Shown: positions 36,861 through 50,560, counted from the first letter of the stretch. The stretch is DNA of 64,000 bases from the human T2T-CHM13v2.0 reference genome, Homo sapiens (GCF_009914755.1 NC_060931.1), one strand, 5' to 3'. The notes: generated by a model not told the origin, from the sequence alone. Numbers and translations: made by a program.

Positions 36861-39019
36861 CTCTAATGGTTTCTTAAACCCACTGCAGCTGGGGTTTTAG
36901 CTCCTGCCACTCCATCACAATTACTCTGCTCAAGGCTGCTGATGACTCCCTCCTGGCTAGAGCCAACAGTCAGATTCCCAGCCTTCCTCCTACTTGACAT
37001 AGCATGAGCATTTCACAAAGTGGACTACTCCATTTTTGGGTGCACTTTCTTTACTAGGCTTCGAAGACACCACACTCTCGGCTTTCTTCCTACCTCACTG
37101 GTCATGCCTTCTTCGCCTCCTTGGCTGGTTCCTCCTGCTTCCCTTGGAGTGCCCCAGGGATCAGTCTTAGCCTTTTTTCCCTTCACCCTCTACACCCTCT
37201 TGTTGATCTCATTTGGACTTACAGCTTTAAATAACATCTATATGCTGATAACTCCCAAATTTTTCTCTCTAGCCCAGACTTCTTTCCAAAACACCAGATG
37301 TATCTATTTTACTGCCTCATCAAAATTTCCAAGGGATGTCTAATTTTTATTTCAAACTCGACAGTCCAAAACAGAATGCTTTTTCTTCCACTACAAATCT
37401 GCCCCACTTCTAGCCTTCCTCATCTTAGTTGATGGAAACTCCATCCTCCCAGCTGCTCAGGCAAAAGACTTTTGAGTCACTGTGACTCTTCTCTGTCTCT
37501 CACTCCCCATGGTCAATCCTTTAGGAAAATCTATTGGCTTTTCCTTTAAAATATATCAGAATCTACCATCACTGTGGTCCAAGCCACCATCATCTCTGAT
37601 CTACATTAATGAAATTACCTCCTAACAGATCTCTCTGCTAAAACCCTCAAACATAGAAGTCAGAATGATCCTTTGAAACACAAGTTATATCATCCTATGT
37701 TTCTGTTCAAGATCCTCAATGGCTTTCTAGTTTACCCATAGGAAAAGTCATTACAGTGACATATAAGGCACACATGGTCTGGCACCTTCCCCTCCTTCTG
37801 ACCATAACTCTGCTCCAGTCCTGCTAGTTCCTTTACTGTTTCTTGACCTCATCACCTAGGGTTGCTTCTTTAGCTGTGCCCTCTGCCTGGAACACTTTTC
37901 CTCCAGATATCTGCTGGCTAACTTCCTCAACTCCTTCAAGTCTTTGTTCACGTCTCATTTGCACAATGAAGCCTATTCAGATCACACTGTTTATGACCTC
38001 ACCTTAACCCCTACTCTCACTTAGCACTGTTGATCCCACTCAGTCTGCTCTACTTTTCATTAATTCCATGTCTTCTGCTATCTAATGCTGATTTATTTTT
38101 TATTTTCTATATTCTTTCTGCTGGAATAGAAAATCATAAGGGCAGGGATCTTTATTTTATTCACTTCAATGTCCCAAGTGCCTACAACAGTGTCTGCCAT
38201 ATTTTAGTGCTCAATCAATCCTTGTGGAACTGTATTTTTTAGCCCATAAAAGCCTGGTGCTTTTTGTTGTTTTTGTTTTGTTTCATTAAAGATAAAAGCC
38301 ATGACTACACATGACCCCAGAAGGAAAGCCTCTAGCTAGCACCGCCTCTGGATGCACTTCAGTCCAGTCCATTGCTGACCCCTGCTGGAACTCAGCGACC
38401 AAGTTGCTGTCTGTCCCTTGACTGGATGAGTGGACCTGGAACTCCTTGGGGACCGGCAGGGTGACAAGAGGCTGCTGATATCCTCTTTGCCACCTACTTG
38501 TTCCATACCCTGTTTGTAAGAGCCGTATCTGTAGTCCTACCTCTCCCTGGGGATTTTCCTAATTCTAGGGGTCTGCAGAAGACAGATTAAAGCTTTCTTT
38601 TGTTTTATTTATACTTGGTAACTGTCTTCTCTTATAAAGACCCAATAAGAGGGGGAAAAAATAAAATAAAAAATCCTGCTCTGGGTTCCACTTTCAGAAT
38701 TAAGAACTTAATCTTTAACCAGACTAAAACTTGACATGAAGTAGAGAATCTGTTTTGAAAATATTAATGGGATTTCTTTTCTTATTCTCTTCCATATAAT
38801 GACTCCCTTCTCAACCAGAGGCATCCTTTTTCACCAGAGAGCATTATGGTTGTTACAGCAGGAATGCAAAGGTACACGGGACTTGAATTCAGCTTTTGAA
38901 GCCCATAATTAAATAACAGTCTTGAAAGCTTTTTTGAGAAAATAAGCTCAAAATTCCAAAACCTCTTAAATATTAAGAGCAAAAAATGTAGCCTGGACAT
39001 CAGGTTTTACTCTAATCTG

Positions 39020-40035
39020 TAGGTAGAACACACTTCGGGTATGATGGTGGGAAGTTGCCGTCTACCGAGGGAGAAAGTAAAGTGCTCTTCCAGTTGAAAG
39101 AGCCAAGGACAGGGGGCAGGTTTGAGGGGTTGAGACTAACTGATGCTTGGATCCCTGGGAAGGAACCCCTCAGTCCCTTCAGTCTTTGGGCCTTGGCCCA
39201 GAATGGGAAGATGGGCATGACATCAGGAACCCCAGATAAGTTGAAGGAGAATCTGGAACTTCTGGCCTGTCCTTCACTTGTACTCCATGTTCAGTGTGAC
39301 ACTGGGGCAGTATAGTGCCATTCAAGAGGTAGTTCTTACATGGTTGAGAGGTATCTAGGCAGATGGACCTGAGTTTGCACCCCAGTTCCCTGTGGCCTTG
39401 GTGTGGAATGGAGGACAACCAGCATATTTTTTATGCCTTGGAAAGAGCATGCAGGAGTGCTGAGAAAACCCAAGGTCCAGAAGTCTGCATTGGGGATGAG
39501 AAAGCTACATCCAGCAGAGACCTCCAGTAAGAGGTATAGCAGGACTCCAGACTCCAGACTCCAGCAGTGAGTGTCAGAAAGGCATCAAAAACAGCAGACA
39601 GGACCTGTTGCAATTCACTGGGCACAAGCACAATATTCCCAGAGACCCCTAAAATAGCCACACAGCATAGAAAATGAGTGAGGATCCAGAGAACAGCAGA
39701 GGACACAGCCATGAGACTGCTTCCCTTTCTGCTGTTCTGAGTATATGTAAGCTCCCAATATTCAGGAACCATGGCAGGAAGAAAGGGAGAGTTTGAGCTT
39801 TGAATTGACTGAATATTTACATCCAAAACACTGAATTAAATTGAATGGGAATATCTTAAACTGAAGAAGACTAACTGAAATATAACTAAATTACCTTAAT
39901 TGACAAGTTTAAATTTTTCACCTGTCATTAACAGGAGTGGGAGCTTCCTAATAAGACACAAGCAGCAATAGATAATAAAAAATGCTACATTTTTTTTCTT
40001 TCAAGTTGAATCGTAAATGTTTGTATGTTTTGACC
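39020..40035 (+). mobile_element. Possible ancient mammalian Gypsy-type LTR (MamGypLTR-like)
   Basis: gaattgactgaatattta...gaattaaattgaatgg...aagtttaaatttttc...ggagtgggagct...aataaa; resemblance from memory only. Confidence 0.4.
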
Positions 40036-40557
40036 ATTTTGCTTTTCTTGCCCTTTACTAAACTAGAATATTTTGACAGGTGAACTAGGATTCTGGGTCA
40101 AGCTCTGGATTATCAAGAGCTATTGCGGAAAAATAAGAGACAAAGAGTATTCCGGAGTGGAGTGTGTGAGATTTTCCTTTGAGAATTCAGATTGGGCTCA
40201 TTTCCTGTGTGGTTTGTGTTGACACTCCCCTAACTCTATCCCTCCAATGAGCTTAAGAAAATGGGAGTGAGTCTCTGAATTCCTAGTGAGGGATGAGGGG
40301 CAAAAGAAACTCCCTGTCCAGGTCCTAGAATAGGCATGAGAGGGCCTGAGCTGACACTCCTATACACGGGCACAAAGGTTCTTATCGATTTGGATTCTTA
40401 GTGTACTATGATTTTTCTCAATATAAAATTATCTACCTTTGCTGCACTCAAGTTTTGGGCTTGGAATTGTATTTTGACTCTGATATTAATTTTGTCACAC
40501 CTTCTTGCTTTTATTAACACTTAACATTTGTTTGGTATATCATTTCCAAACCTAGGA

Positions 40558-40872
<315 letters not shown>

Positions 40873-40995
40873 TGCTTTTGCTTTTTTAACCAACATTATT
40901 TTGTTTCTGGCCTTTAAAATACTTTAAAAGGTCAATCTTGTTAACTTATACAAGCAATACATGAAGGTATTCTGCTTTTTAAAAAAGTCAAAGTA

Positions 40996-41150
40996 GGCTG
41001 GGCGCAGAGGCTAATGCCTGTAATTCACCACTTCCGAAGGCTGAGGCAGGAGAATCGCTTGAAGCCAAGAGTTCGAGACCAGCCTAGGCAACAAAGCAAG
41101 ACCCCGCCCTCATTTCTACCAAAAAAAAGTAATAAAAGAAAGAATAAAAG
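40996..41150 (+). mobile_element. Alu monomer (FLAM-like)
   Basis: ggctgggcgcagaggctaatgcctgtaat...gagttcgagaccagcctaggcaac. Confidence 0.85.
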
Positions 41151-41937
41151 CATTATATATAAGGCTAGAGAGCCCCTAACCAACACTTTCAATCCTTGTC
41201 TTCTCTTTAATTGCCTATTACTATACTTTGACAACTTTTTTGGTTCTTGTCTCTTGAATTTTTGATCCTTTATATATTCCAGACATTGATCTTATGCCTG
41301 ATATTTTTCTCAGAATGTAGCTTGATATTTAATTGTGTTTAGGCTTTTAAAAGTAAAACATTTAAAAGTTTTGATGCAGTCAAATCTTTTTCCTTCAATT
41401 TTTATTTTTAAATTTTTTGTGTCCTAAACAAGATGATCTTCCTTATTTAATGATGATAGAGGGATTTTCCAGCATTTTTTACCAATTTTTTTATAGCTTA
41501 AACATGTTTAGGTCTTTACCATCTGTAATTTATTATTATGAAAGGTTTGAGAAAGAAAGTAATGCTGTGTATTGTTTTGTTTTCTTCATGAAGAGGCAAT
41601 TGTCTCAATAGCATGTATCAAGTAGCCTATCTTTTCCCTGATTACATGAATGCCAACTCTCTTGTCCACTGGACTGTATTTACAGGTTTATTTCTGAACT
41701 CTTTATCCAATTCCACTTATCTCCTGTCTATTCCTACATTATACCACACTGCCTTAATTACTGTAACTTTGTCATATTTTGATATCTGGTAAAGCAATTT
41801 TCCCTTCCTTTCCCTTATGTTCTTCTGTAATATCTCCTTTAAAAAGCTCGATGAAAAATCATTGTGGGGTTTTGAATGGAACTGCATTACCTATACAGAT
41901 TAATTTGAGGACAGAACTGACATTTTTATAGTATTGA

Positions 41938-42311
<374 letters not shown>

Positions 42312-42982
42312 TAAAAGTTTTATAGTCTTCTTCATAGATGTTCTTTATATTATTTGTTGCTACCAAATATGGAATCACTTAGTCTATTACATTTTCTGAT
42401 TGATGATTACTGGCACATAAAAAAGTAATCGATTTTCTTCTTTATTAAATTAATGTAGTGAATTATGTATATAGATATTGTTGAATTAATCTTGCATTCC
42501 TCAGATAAACTTCACACGATTATCTTGCATTATTCTTGTCATGCATTGCTGAATTTTACTTAGGATTTGTGGACCTGTCTTTATAGATAAAATTGGCGTA
42601 TTTTTTTTTCTTGTCTTTTAACTTGCCTTGTTTTGGTATCAAGGTTAGCTTGACAACATAAAAGAAATTAGTTAATTTTCTATCCTTTTCTATGCTTTAG
42701 AGTGCTTTATAAAAATAGAAATTATCTTTTTCTTGAAGGCTTAGAAAATTTGCCAATGCAACTGCTGAGACCTAGTGCCTTTTGGGAGATACAAGTTTGA
42801 CTACCACTTCAATTTCAGATTTTCTACATCTTCTTAAACTATTTTGAAATTTTATATTTTTCTTATAAAATTATCCATATAGTTTTCAATTCTTGATATA
42901 AAGTTGTTTGTATTATTCTAATTTAAAAAATCTGTGTTATGATTTTATGTCCTGTTTTATTCCTGATAACTTTTTGTGCCTT

Positions 42983-43280
42983 CTATTTTATTTTATTTTA
43001 TTTTTGAGACAGGGCCTCACTCTGTTGCCCAGGCTGAAGTGCAGTGACACAATCACAGTGCAGCCTCGGCCTCCCCGGCTCAAGCAATTCTTCAGCTTCA
43101 GCCTCCTGAGTAGCTGGGACTACATGTGCATACCACGCACTCAGCTAATTTTTTTTTTTTTTTTTTTTCTTTGGTAGAGACAGGGCTTTGCCATGCTTCT
43201 TGAACTCCTGGGCTCAAATGATCCTCCCACCTTGGCCTCCAAAGTTTTGGAATTACAGGCGTGAGCCACTGCACCCGACC
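42983..43280 (-). mobile_element. AluJ
   Basis: agacagggcctcactctg...gtgagccactgcacccgacc. Confidence 0.88.
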
Positions 43281-45649
43281 CTGACTTCTCTTTTTAAGAA
43301 ATTTATATTTGCCAAAGAAACCTACTGTTATTCACCTTTTAAAAGAGTTTTGCTCAAAGCTACCTATTTTTTCTTGTTTCATTAATTTCTGCTTTATTAA
43401 TGATAATATTTTTCATTCTTTTTTTATTATCACCCCTCCAGAATTGGTTTCAGATTTTTTTTTCCTAATCACTCCCCGTTCCCCACATCCCTATGAAATC
43501 TTAAACCACACATATAGTGTATATCTATTTATGTAGTATGCTGTTTTGGAGGCCACAACCATTGTAATATTTAAATGTTTTCCTTTTCTTCTGGAGTTGA
43601 AAGCTTAGTTCATTCACCTTCATTCAACCTTTCTCTTTTTTGAATAAAATATTTAAGGCTATAAATTACATTTCCTCCCCTAGTGTTTTTTGCTTGCTAT
43701 ATAGTGCTTTTTGTTTTCATTCAGCTCCAAATTTCTGCAATTTTCCCTTCTGTCTGACTTACGTAGAGGCTTCCTTTTACGGATTTCTCAATTTATGGAT
43801 TTTTAATGATATTTTTGTTGTATTTTTATGTGATTACCTGCCTGAAGTTTGTCTAGACTTTCTTTGTATCTTACCATGTGGCCGATAGGAATGCTTGCAA
43901 TCTTTCAACATTTAAGTTTGATTTTTATAGTAGGCTTTTGGCAGATACCTTTTATCAACTTAAGAAATTATCTTTTGTTACTAGTTTACTAAGGTATTTT
44001 TAAATTAAATCACAAATCATTGTTGATTTTTAACAATGAAACTATTGAGACGGTTATGCCTTTTTGCTTCCTAATTTCTATTAATTTGATCAATAACTTT
44101 GATATATTTCAGGTGTCTCATCTTCCCACACTTTCTAAAGACTTACTTCTTTCTGTACGTTCTCCAAGCAACCATCTATATTCCCACTGACAATGGTAAT
44201 ATCACTGAAACTAAGCTAAAAATACTTGGAAGTATTGTTTACATTTTCTGTAATCATCTACTATACCTATCTCAGTGATAGGGATGATTTCCCAGTGCTT
44301 TCTCTGCAAATTTAAACAGGTATCTCTCAATATTTTCTTGGGCCTGAGATCCTGAGTGAAGACAGACATTCATGTAAAGCTTGCGTCCATTCTTTTGTTA
44401 GATCTCTTAGGGTTCTAATCACCTCCTCTAACCTACTAATAATTAAAATGCCACTCTCCTTTATAATTCCATGTTTAAGATTGTTGGCTACTGGTCTTTC
44501 TTATTTTTCTTTTCACATCATCAATACTGTCCTCTGAAAACACAACCTTTCTTCTAAATAAATCCTTCTCTTCTTTCAGCTTAATCAAACCATCATCCTT
44601 TCTTCAGTTTTCACCCTTGTACTGCTTCTATTTTGATTTCAAGATTTAAATATATATATTTGAAACAAATATGGCTCCCATTTTATTTCCTGAATAGACC
44701 CTGATTCCTAGGGAGAGAAGGATTCAGGCAAAAGCCTTTTTAATACTTTTCCTGCCTTCGGGATTATGGTATACAATGCTTTTCTCTTCCTCAAACCCCT
44801 ATATAACAAAAACTTCCATTCCTCTTTATGTATTTGTGATAAAATCCACCATTTCTCTGTGGTTGAACACACAAGAAATTCAGCTGAGGCCTTGAAATTC
44901 CACTGTCAGGGCTTATATAGTAAACACATCTGGCACCAACTTGGAATATAAATAGAAGGTGATTCTGGATATCCCATATGAATTAAAGGATTTGGAGCCT
45001 CCCATTGGCCTCTCCTTAGCCCTATTAAAGGGTGCATTTCAAATCCAGATAATGGGGAAACTGATCTGATACCACCTGATACTTCCCAGAATAATTTAAG
45101 AGCTAGAATGTCCCTAACCTGTGCTCTTACATATACATGGAACTTATGCCACTGACCTTAGAATCCTCAACTGCAATTCTGGCTGAGCATAAAGGCAGCA
45201 CAAATTGATCTATTGAATAGCGCCTTCCCTTTCTGCAGTGATCCTGTCTCAGTTACATCTATGTGAATCAAAATCAGCCACAGTGTTCTGTACAGCTCAC
45301 TTTTGCCAAAGTCTATGCTCAGTGACTCTAAAAAATTAGTGGCTTGTGTGAGGACACTTGCGATCATAGGCTGCTAAGATTTGAAATGACTAAAGAACTG
45401 AAAGGCTGAAGATCATTAAAGCATTAAAGCCCTGTACTCTGGCATTACAGACATCCAATCTCCACACATCTTATTTTGATTCCCTAATTCCAGGTGAAGT
45501 GCCTATTTCTCAAGATTTAACAGGCAAGGCACATCTCAATGTGGTGGGGCTTAAGGGAGAAAATTAATTCTACCTCTTTCCCCTCTATGTTATCAGCCAA
45601 ATGAATAATAAATACAAGAATCAGACTAATGAGGGTCAAAATATCAGTA

Positions 45650-45924
45650 CAGTCATCCCTCAGTATACACTGGGGATTGGTTCCAGGATCCCTGTGTATA
45701 CCAAAATCCACGCATACCCAGGCCCAACTGGCCCTGTGAAACCCATGTATATGAAGAGTTTCATACTCTATTCGCATGTGACTTTTTGTATATGTGTAGA
45801 GAACAGCATATGAGCAGGCTCTGCATCCCACAAATACTCTATTTTTGAACTGTGTTTGGTTGAAAAAAATCTGCACATAAGTGGACTTGTGCAGTTCAAA
45901 CTCATGTTGCTCAAGGGTCAACTG
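45650..45924 (+). mobile_element. MER2 (TcMar-Tigger non-autonomous)
   Basis: ta|cagtcatccctcagtat...gattggttccagga...tcaagggtcaactg. Confidence 0.9.
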
Positions 45925-46632
45925 TTACTTTGCTGATTAAGCTGTATCATGGTCAAAACTGAGCTTTCTAATACACTGTCTCCCCTACTCCTCCTAATTC
46001 CTGGTCTTGGATCTGGACTACCCAAAGAAAAACATACAGTGGAAATACTTACCTGGATAGCAGCAAGGAACAGAGCTGCCCCAAAAGTAGGAAGAGAGAG
46101 AGGTGTTCTTCAAACCTGCCTCTAGAAGGCAGGTCTGGGGCTCAGCAGGTGTGTTTACCCTATGGAAGCAGGATCTGAGTGAAGTGCATGCACACTGCAG
46201 GCAGGGAGGTGCAAAAGAGAGAACTTAAGAGTGTGCGTGTACAATGACCCCCCCCGCCCCATGTCTCCATCAGAGAATACAATCATTTCTCCTTTGGGAA
46301 GAAGTGTGTAGAGGTAGAGATGGGGGTCAAAAATGATATTCCAGAATGGTTCCCTGCTTGGAGAAGAACAGGGAAATAGGGACAAATGACATATTCTTGC
46401 CTCCATGGGTGGGGACAAAGCCTGTATTCTTCACATCCTCCCAGCAGAAGCAGGGGATTCAACTCCCTCACAACCAAGGTCTGATCTAGAACTCATTCCC
46501 AGCCTCCAACCCATATTTCAGGAAGAGGTGTATGAATAGTTTCTGCTACTAGGTCATTCCTACATCCGAACTGTGGATGGCAGGGATGGGGCAATGGCTC
46601 AGAGGTTCAGTCTGACCCCAACCAACCCCCAT

Positions 46633-46659
46633 ATGTACTCACTCATTGAGTGAGTACAT
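46633..46659. repeat. Palindrome with perfect 13-bp arms
   Basis: atgtactcactca-t-tgagtgagtacat. Confidence 0.97.
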
Positions 46660-47734
46660 CTGATTAACAAAAAGAAACCAAAGAAACACCAATAAAATTA
46701 GGAAGCCTTTTTCATGGCATTTCACTAACTACTCCTTGAGAACTCTCTGGTTGCTGGAGTGAAAAAGGTAACAACAATACTCAGACTAAGAAAGACCTAC
46801 CTAAAAACCTTTATCTGGCTACTCCCATGTATGTGCTGAGTATCTCCTTCCCCACCACCTCAAGACCTGGGAGGAGTCAGTTTTACCAATGAAAGACATG
46901 TCACATTGAGATTGTCAGAGGCCATCTCCAGATAAAAGTCCCTAGTGTACAAGAACCCAAATAAGGACACTATTTGGGAGCTTGAGAATCAAAAGTTATT
47001 TATCAACAGGTGATTGGAAAAGCCAAGCTTTCTTGAAACCAATTTCAGAATGGTTAGTGGAAATTCCTGTTGGCTTCCTTGGTCCACTTACCCAATGGCA
47101 GATCTTCAACTGAAAAGGACAAAGAGGAAACAGTAGTCTTCAATAGGACCCCCAATGCCCTAGCTATCCAGCCCTAGCTGAAGAGACAAACAGAGCAAAG
47201 AGAAGACTCCTTCCACTACCAAAAATCACTTTCACAGTGGGGGGCCTTCTCCTCCCACATGTAACTCAACAGCCCCACCTTCCCTGCTTAGCCTTCATTA
47301 GGAAATACTGAACCTCTTCAGGGTCATAGGCCATACTCTTTTGGTCCTTTCTAAGGACCCCTCCCTCACTTAGTGTAGGAGCACTTAGTACAGTCCCAAT
47401 GTCATGTTTGTATCATTCACTCTCTTGAGGATGCTGGAATGCCCAGGACCAGAAAAAGAAGGGAATTCACACTGAAAATTAACCTAGCAGGTCCAAAGAG
47501 AAAGTCTCTCCTAGGATGCCAAAAAGTCATTCTCACTTTATGTCCACATGGTGTGAAGGGAGGGAACGTAACCAGTTAAGAAAAGGGCTTTTGGGTCAAA
47601 CACAATAGGCAAAGGGTTCAATCAACATGTGAAGGTACACAGAAGCAATACAGAATAGGGAGCGAGGGAGGGACTAAGATCCCAGAGAGGAGGAAGAGAT
47701 GGGGGTAATCAAGTGTGAGGGAAAGAGTCACTTA

Positions 47735-47885
47735 GCAGGCCAGACACCTAAGTTCTAGTCATGGCTCTTCCCAGCAACCTAGCATATGACTTTGAGCTTA
47801 TCTAGTCTTCAGTATCCTCATCTGCAAAATAGGGGAAAGCAGTTTGTTTAACCAGATGCCCGTTAGGGTCCTATGAGATTACAGC
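47735..47885. mobile_element. MIR fragment
   Basis: gttctagtcatggctct...atgactttgagc...cagtatcctcatctgcaaaataggg. Confidence 0.65.
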
Positions 47886-49337
47886 ATCTTCCCCAAGTGT
47901 CAGTGATGGACTATTGCAAAATATTCAGGAGGGGGCCAGAGGGGATCTCCCAGGGCAGGAAATGCCTTTCAGCCTCATCTCTAAAGAAAGGGTCACATAT
48001 ATACACATTCATACATACACAAGCAGAGTGGTCAGTGATTTCATCCACAGCAGCAGAGACACATATAGAAAAAACAAATACTGTTGATGTCTGATTCCTT
48101 CTTATCGGGAAAGGGGCCCTGAGGATATAACTTGGAGGGACTATATGGTCAGAGGAGAAAGTTCCTCCTATTTGATAATAGCTATCACCTTGCTACTCCT
48201 TCCTCAAATCCAAGGCAGCCAGCTCCTTGGAAGAAACCAGTCTGTTACCCTTCCCTCTCCCACCCACCAACTCACCTGTTTCAGAAACGAAAATCTGCAG
48301 ACTCTGAGGGAAATAACCCCCTAGTTAGCCATTAGGAAATTAACAGAATCTACCACTCCTGAGATTACATAAGGTGGGGCAGCTGTGTCCACACGCCTCT
48401 ATTTCCCTGAAAGTTATCAATGGTTATGAGCGGTCTTGTTTCGGGCCCCGCCCAAACTTAAGGTCGCTTGAGTTTTCTCTCTGAGTGAAGGGGGAACTAG
48501 TCTGGACCACCCTTTTCTTGCTGGTGCCTTTACGGTAGTTTTCAAATTGTTTAACCAATCTCAGCGTGAGAGCGAGCCAGGAAGTTACCATCCTCAAGTA
48601 GGAATCCAAATGGGGAGAAGGGCTACGACGCAAGCGCAGGGTTCCAAATCATGCAACAGGACCTGCAAACAGACTCACACCCCAGACATCAAGAAGTATC
48701 TCCCAGCCACACATCTACATGGAGCTTATGTGGCCTCTCCTAGCAGAGGTAGCTGGGGCAATTGGGGGATTGGAGGGCATAAGCCTCCCATCAACCTGGG
48801 ATCCCTATTTAAAAGATGCTAAAAATAAATTAGTAAACATTGCTGTTTACAGAAATAGAAATCATTTCTGTTTCCAAAGGCCTCTCACCATCCCAGTCCT
48901 GGACATTTCCAAGACTGCCACCCCTGACACCCTCTCCAAGGTCCGCCCTGGTGGATGGGTGAGACACCAGAGTCCTTTGAGACTGGGAGCTCCTCAGGCA
49001 TCTGAGAATTCCAGTTTCACATCCCTGGTTCCAGGGAGGGGAGAATCTTCAGTACTCTGGAGAGTACGGGAGTTCATCCCTTCTTATCAGTTCCTGGGGG
49101 CTGTCTTGAGGCAACCCCCACTTTTAGGATGATATACACGTTGCAAGAATTCCCGCTATTTTCCGGCCCCCAGTACCTCCCCAGAGTCCACATGTCTGCC
49201 TGGACCCACCCTCAGAGCAGAGGAACCAGTCTGTGCCTTGGTGTAATGACTCTGGGAAAGAAGGATGGGCAGAGAGAAAGCAGGGACAACGGCCTGGGGG
49301 ATCATCCTTGAGGGTAAGACTGACAGCAATGACTGTC

Positions 49338-50309
49338 CTACAGGCAGGTGGTGAAGCTGGGCGCCGGGCCGGGACCGGAGCCGGAGGCGGAGCTTTCCAC
49401 CTCGCTGGTGAGTGGCGGGTCGATGCGGGGAGTTCGACGACGTCCCCGGTACTCGATCATATCTGGATGATAGGTTGGGTGGCGGCGAGCATGCTTGGTC
49501 AGGTGGTCGCTCCGGGAGAACTGCTTGGGGCAGAGGGGGCAGGAGAAGCGCTTCTCGCCCGTGTGCGTCCTGTAGTGGCGGGCCAGCTCGTCGGAACGCG
49601 TAAACTTCTTGTCGCAGTCGAGCCAGTCGCAGGAGAAAGGGCGCTCACCCGTGTGGGTGCGCTGGTGGGACTTGAGGTGCGACGACTTGTAATAGGCTTT
49701 GGTGCAGCCCGGGAAGGGGCATTGGTGGCGCTTGGCAGCAGGTGTGACAGACCTCCTCCGGGGCGCCTGATCCGCGGCGGGGGCGGGGCCTGCCCCTAGG
49801 GCCCCTCCAGAGAACCCACCAGAGGCTGCTGGTGCGCCCGGGGCAGCAGGCGCGCTTGGGACGGCGGGCGCATCGGAGGAGCTCTCGGGAGCGCAGACCG
49901 CCGCGGCGCCGGAGGCGGGAGCCAGCTCGGAGCACGGGGTCTGGACGGAGCACGGGATCGGGTCGGAGAAGCCAGACGAGGCGCGTGGAGCTTCCCCCGA
50001 GTTCTCCCAGGAGCCCTCGCCAGAGCTGCCGCGCAAGTCCGCCCAGACGCTTGCAGCCAGCAGGTGGGGCGCGGCGCCGCCCGCGCCGGGGCTGGGGGCG
50101 GGGACCTGCGGGAGCTGGGGGACCGACGCGGGCCCCGATGGCCCCGGACCCGGCAGAGCGGACTCCGGCTGCGCCGCACCCACCTCCGAGCCTGCGGCTC
50201 CACCCGCGCCCTCGGGGTCCGGCGGGCGGCGGTGAACCACGGCGCCCGCGGACATGGACACCAGGCACTCGGCGGCGAAGTAGTCCAGGCACGCCACGGC
50301 GGCCGACAT
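49338..50309 (-). CDS. KLF14: Krueppel-like factor 14, 323 aa, intronless
   Basis: ATG at 50309 ([20 protein letters not shown], Sin3-interaction motif); three C2H2 fingers with TGERP/TGEKR linkers (about 49479-49727); stop TAG at 49338-49340. Confidence 0.99.
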   Translation of the reverse strand: MSAAVACLDYFAAECLVSMSAGAVVHRRPPDPEGAGGAAGSEVGAAQPESALPGPGPSGPASVPQLPQVPAPSPGAGGAAPHLLAASVWADLRGSSGEGSWENSGEAPRASSGFSDPIPCSVQTPCSELAPASGAAAVCAPESSSDAPAVPSAPAAPGAPAASGGFSGGALGAGPAPAADQAPRRRSVTPAAKRHQCPFPGCTKAYYKSSHLKSHQRTHTGERPFSCDWLDCDKKFTRSDELARHYRTHTGEKRFSCPLCPKQFSRSDHLTKHARRHPTYHPDMIEYRGRRRTPRIDPPLTSEVESSASGSGPGPAPSFTTCL

Positions 50310-50440
50310 GCTGGGACCGCCCGGCCGCCGGCGAGCGCCGTCCGAACGCGGCCGGCCGCGGGCGACGGAGTTCCCGGGAGCGTCCGTCCCGCAGCCTCGG
50401 AGCGAGAAGCAGGAGGCCGGGTGCTCGCCGCCTGCCGCCT

Positions 50441-50482
50441 GCTGCCGCCGCCGCCGCCGCAGCCGCCGCTGCCGCCGCCGCC
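50441..50482. repeat. Interrupted (GCC)/(CGG) tract, 14 GCN triplets
   Basis: gct(gcc)5 gca (gcc)2 gct (gcc)4. Confidence 0.95.
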
Positions 50483-50489
50483 CGCGCGG

Positions 50490-50560
50490 AGCCCGCCCCG
50501 CCTGACGCGCCCCTGACGCACCGGAGCCCGCGGGGGCGGCAGAGACCCGCCCCGGCCCGC
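50490..50560 (-). promoter_or_regulatory. KLF14 proximal promoter: GC boxes and two half-CRE sites
   Basis: cccgcccc (~50492), TGACG at 50503 and 50514, gggggcgg (~50532), cccgccc (~50546). Confidence 0.6.

Noticed and set aside
39431-39826. 131-aa hydrophobic ORF on the minus strand
   Set aside because: No recognisable homology or splice structure; lies in a probable ancient LTR.
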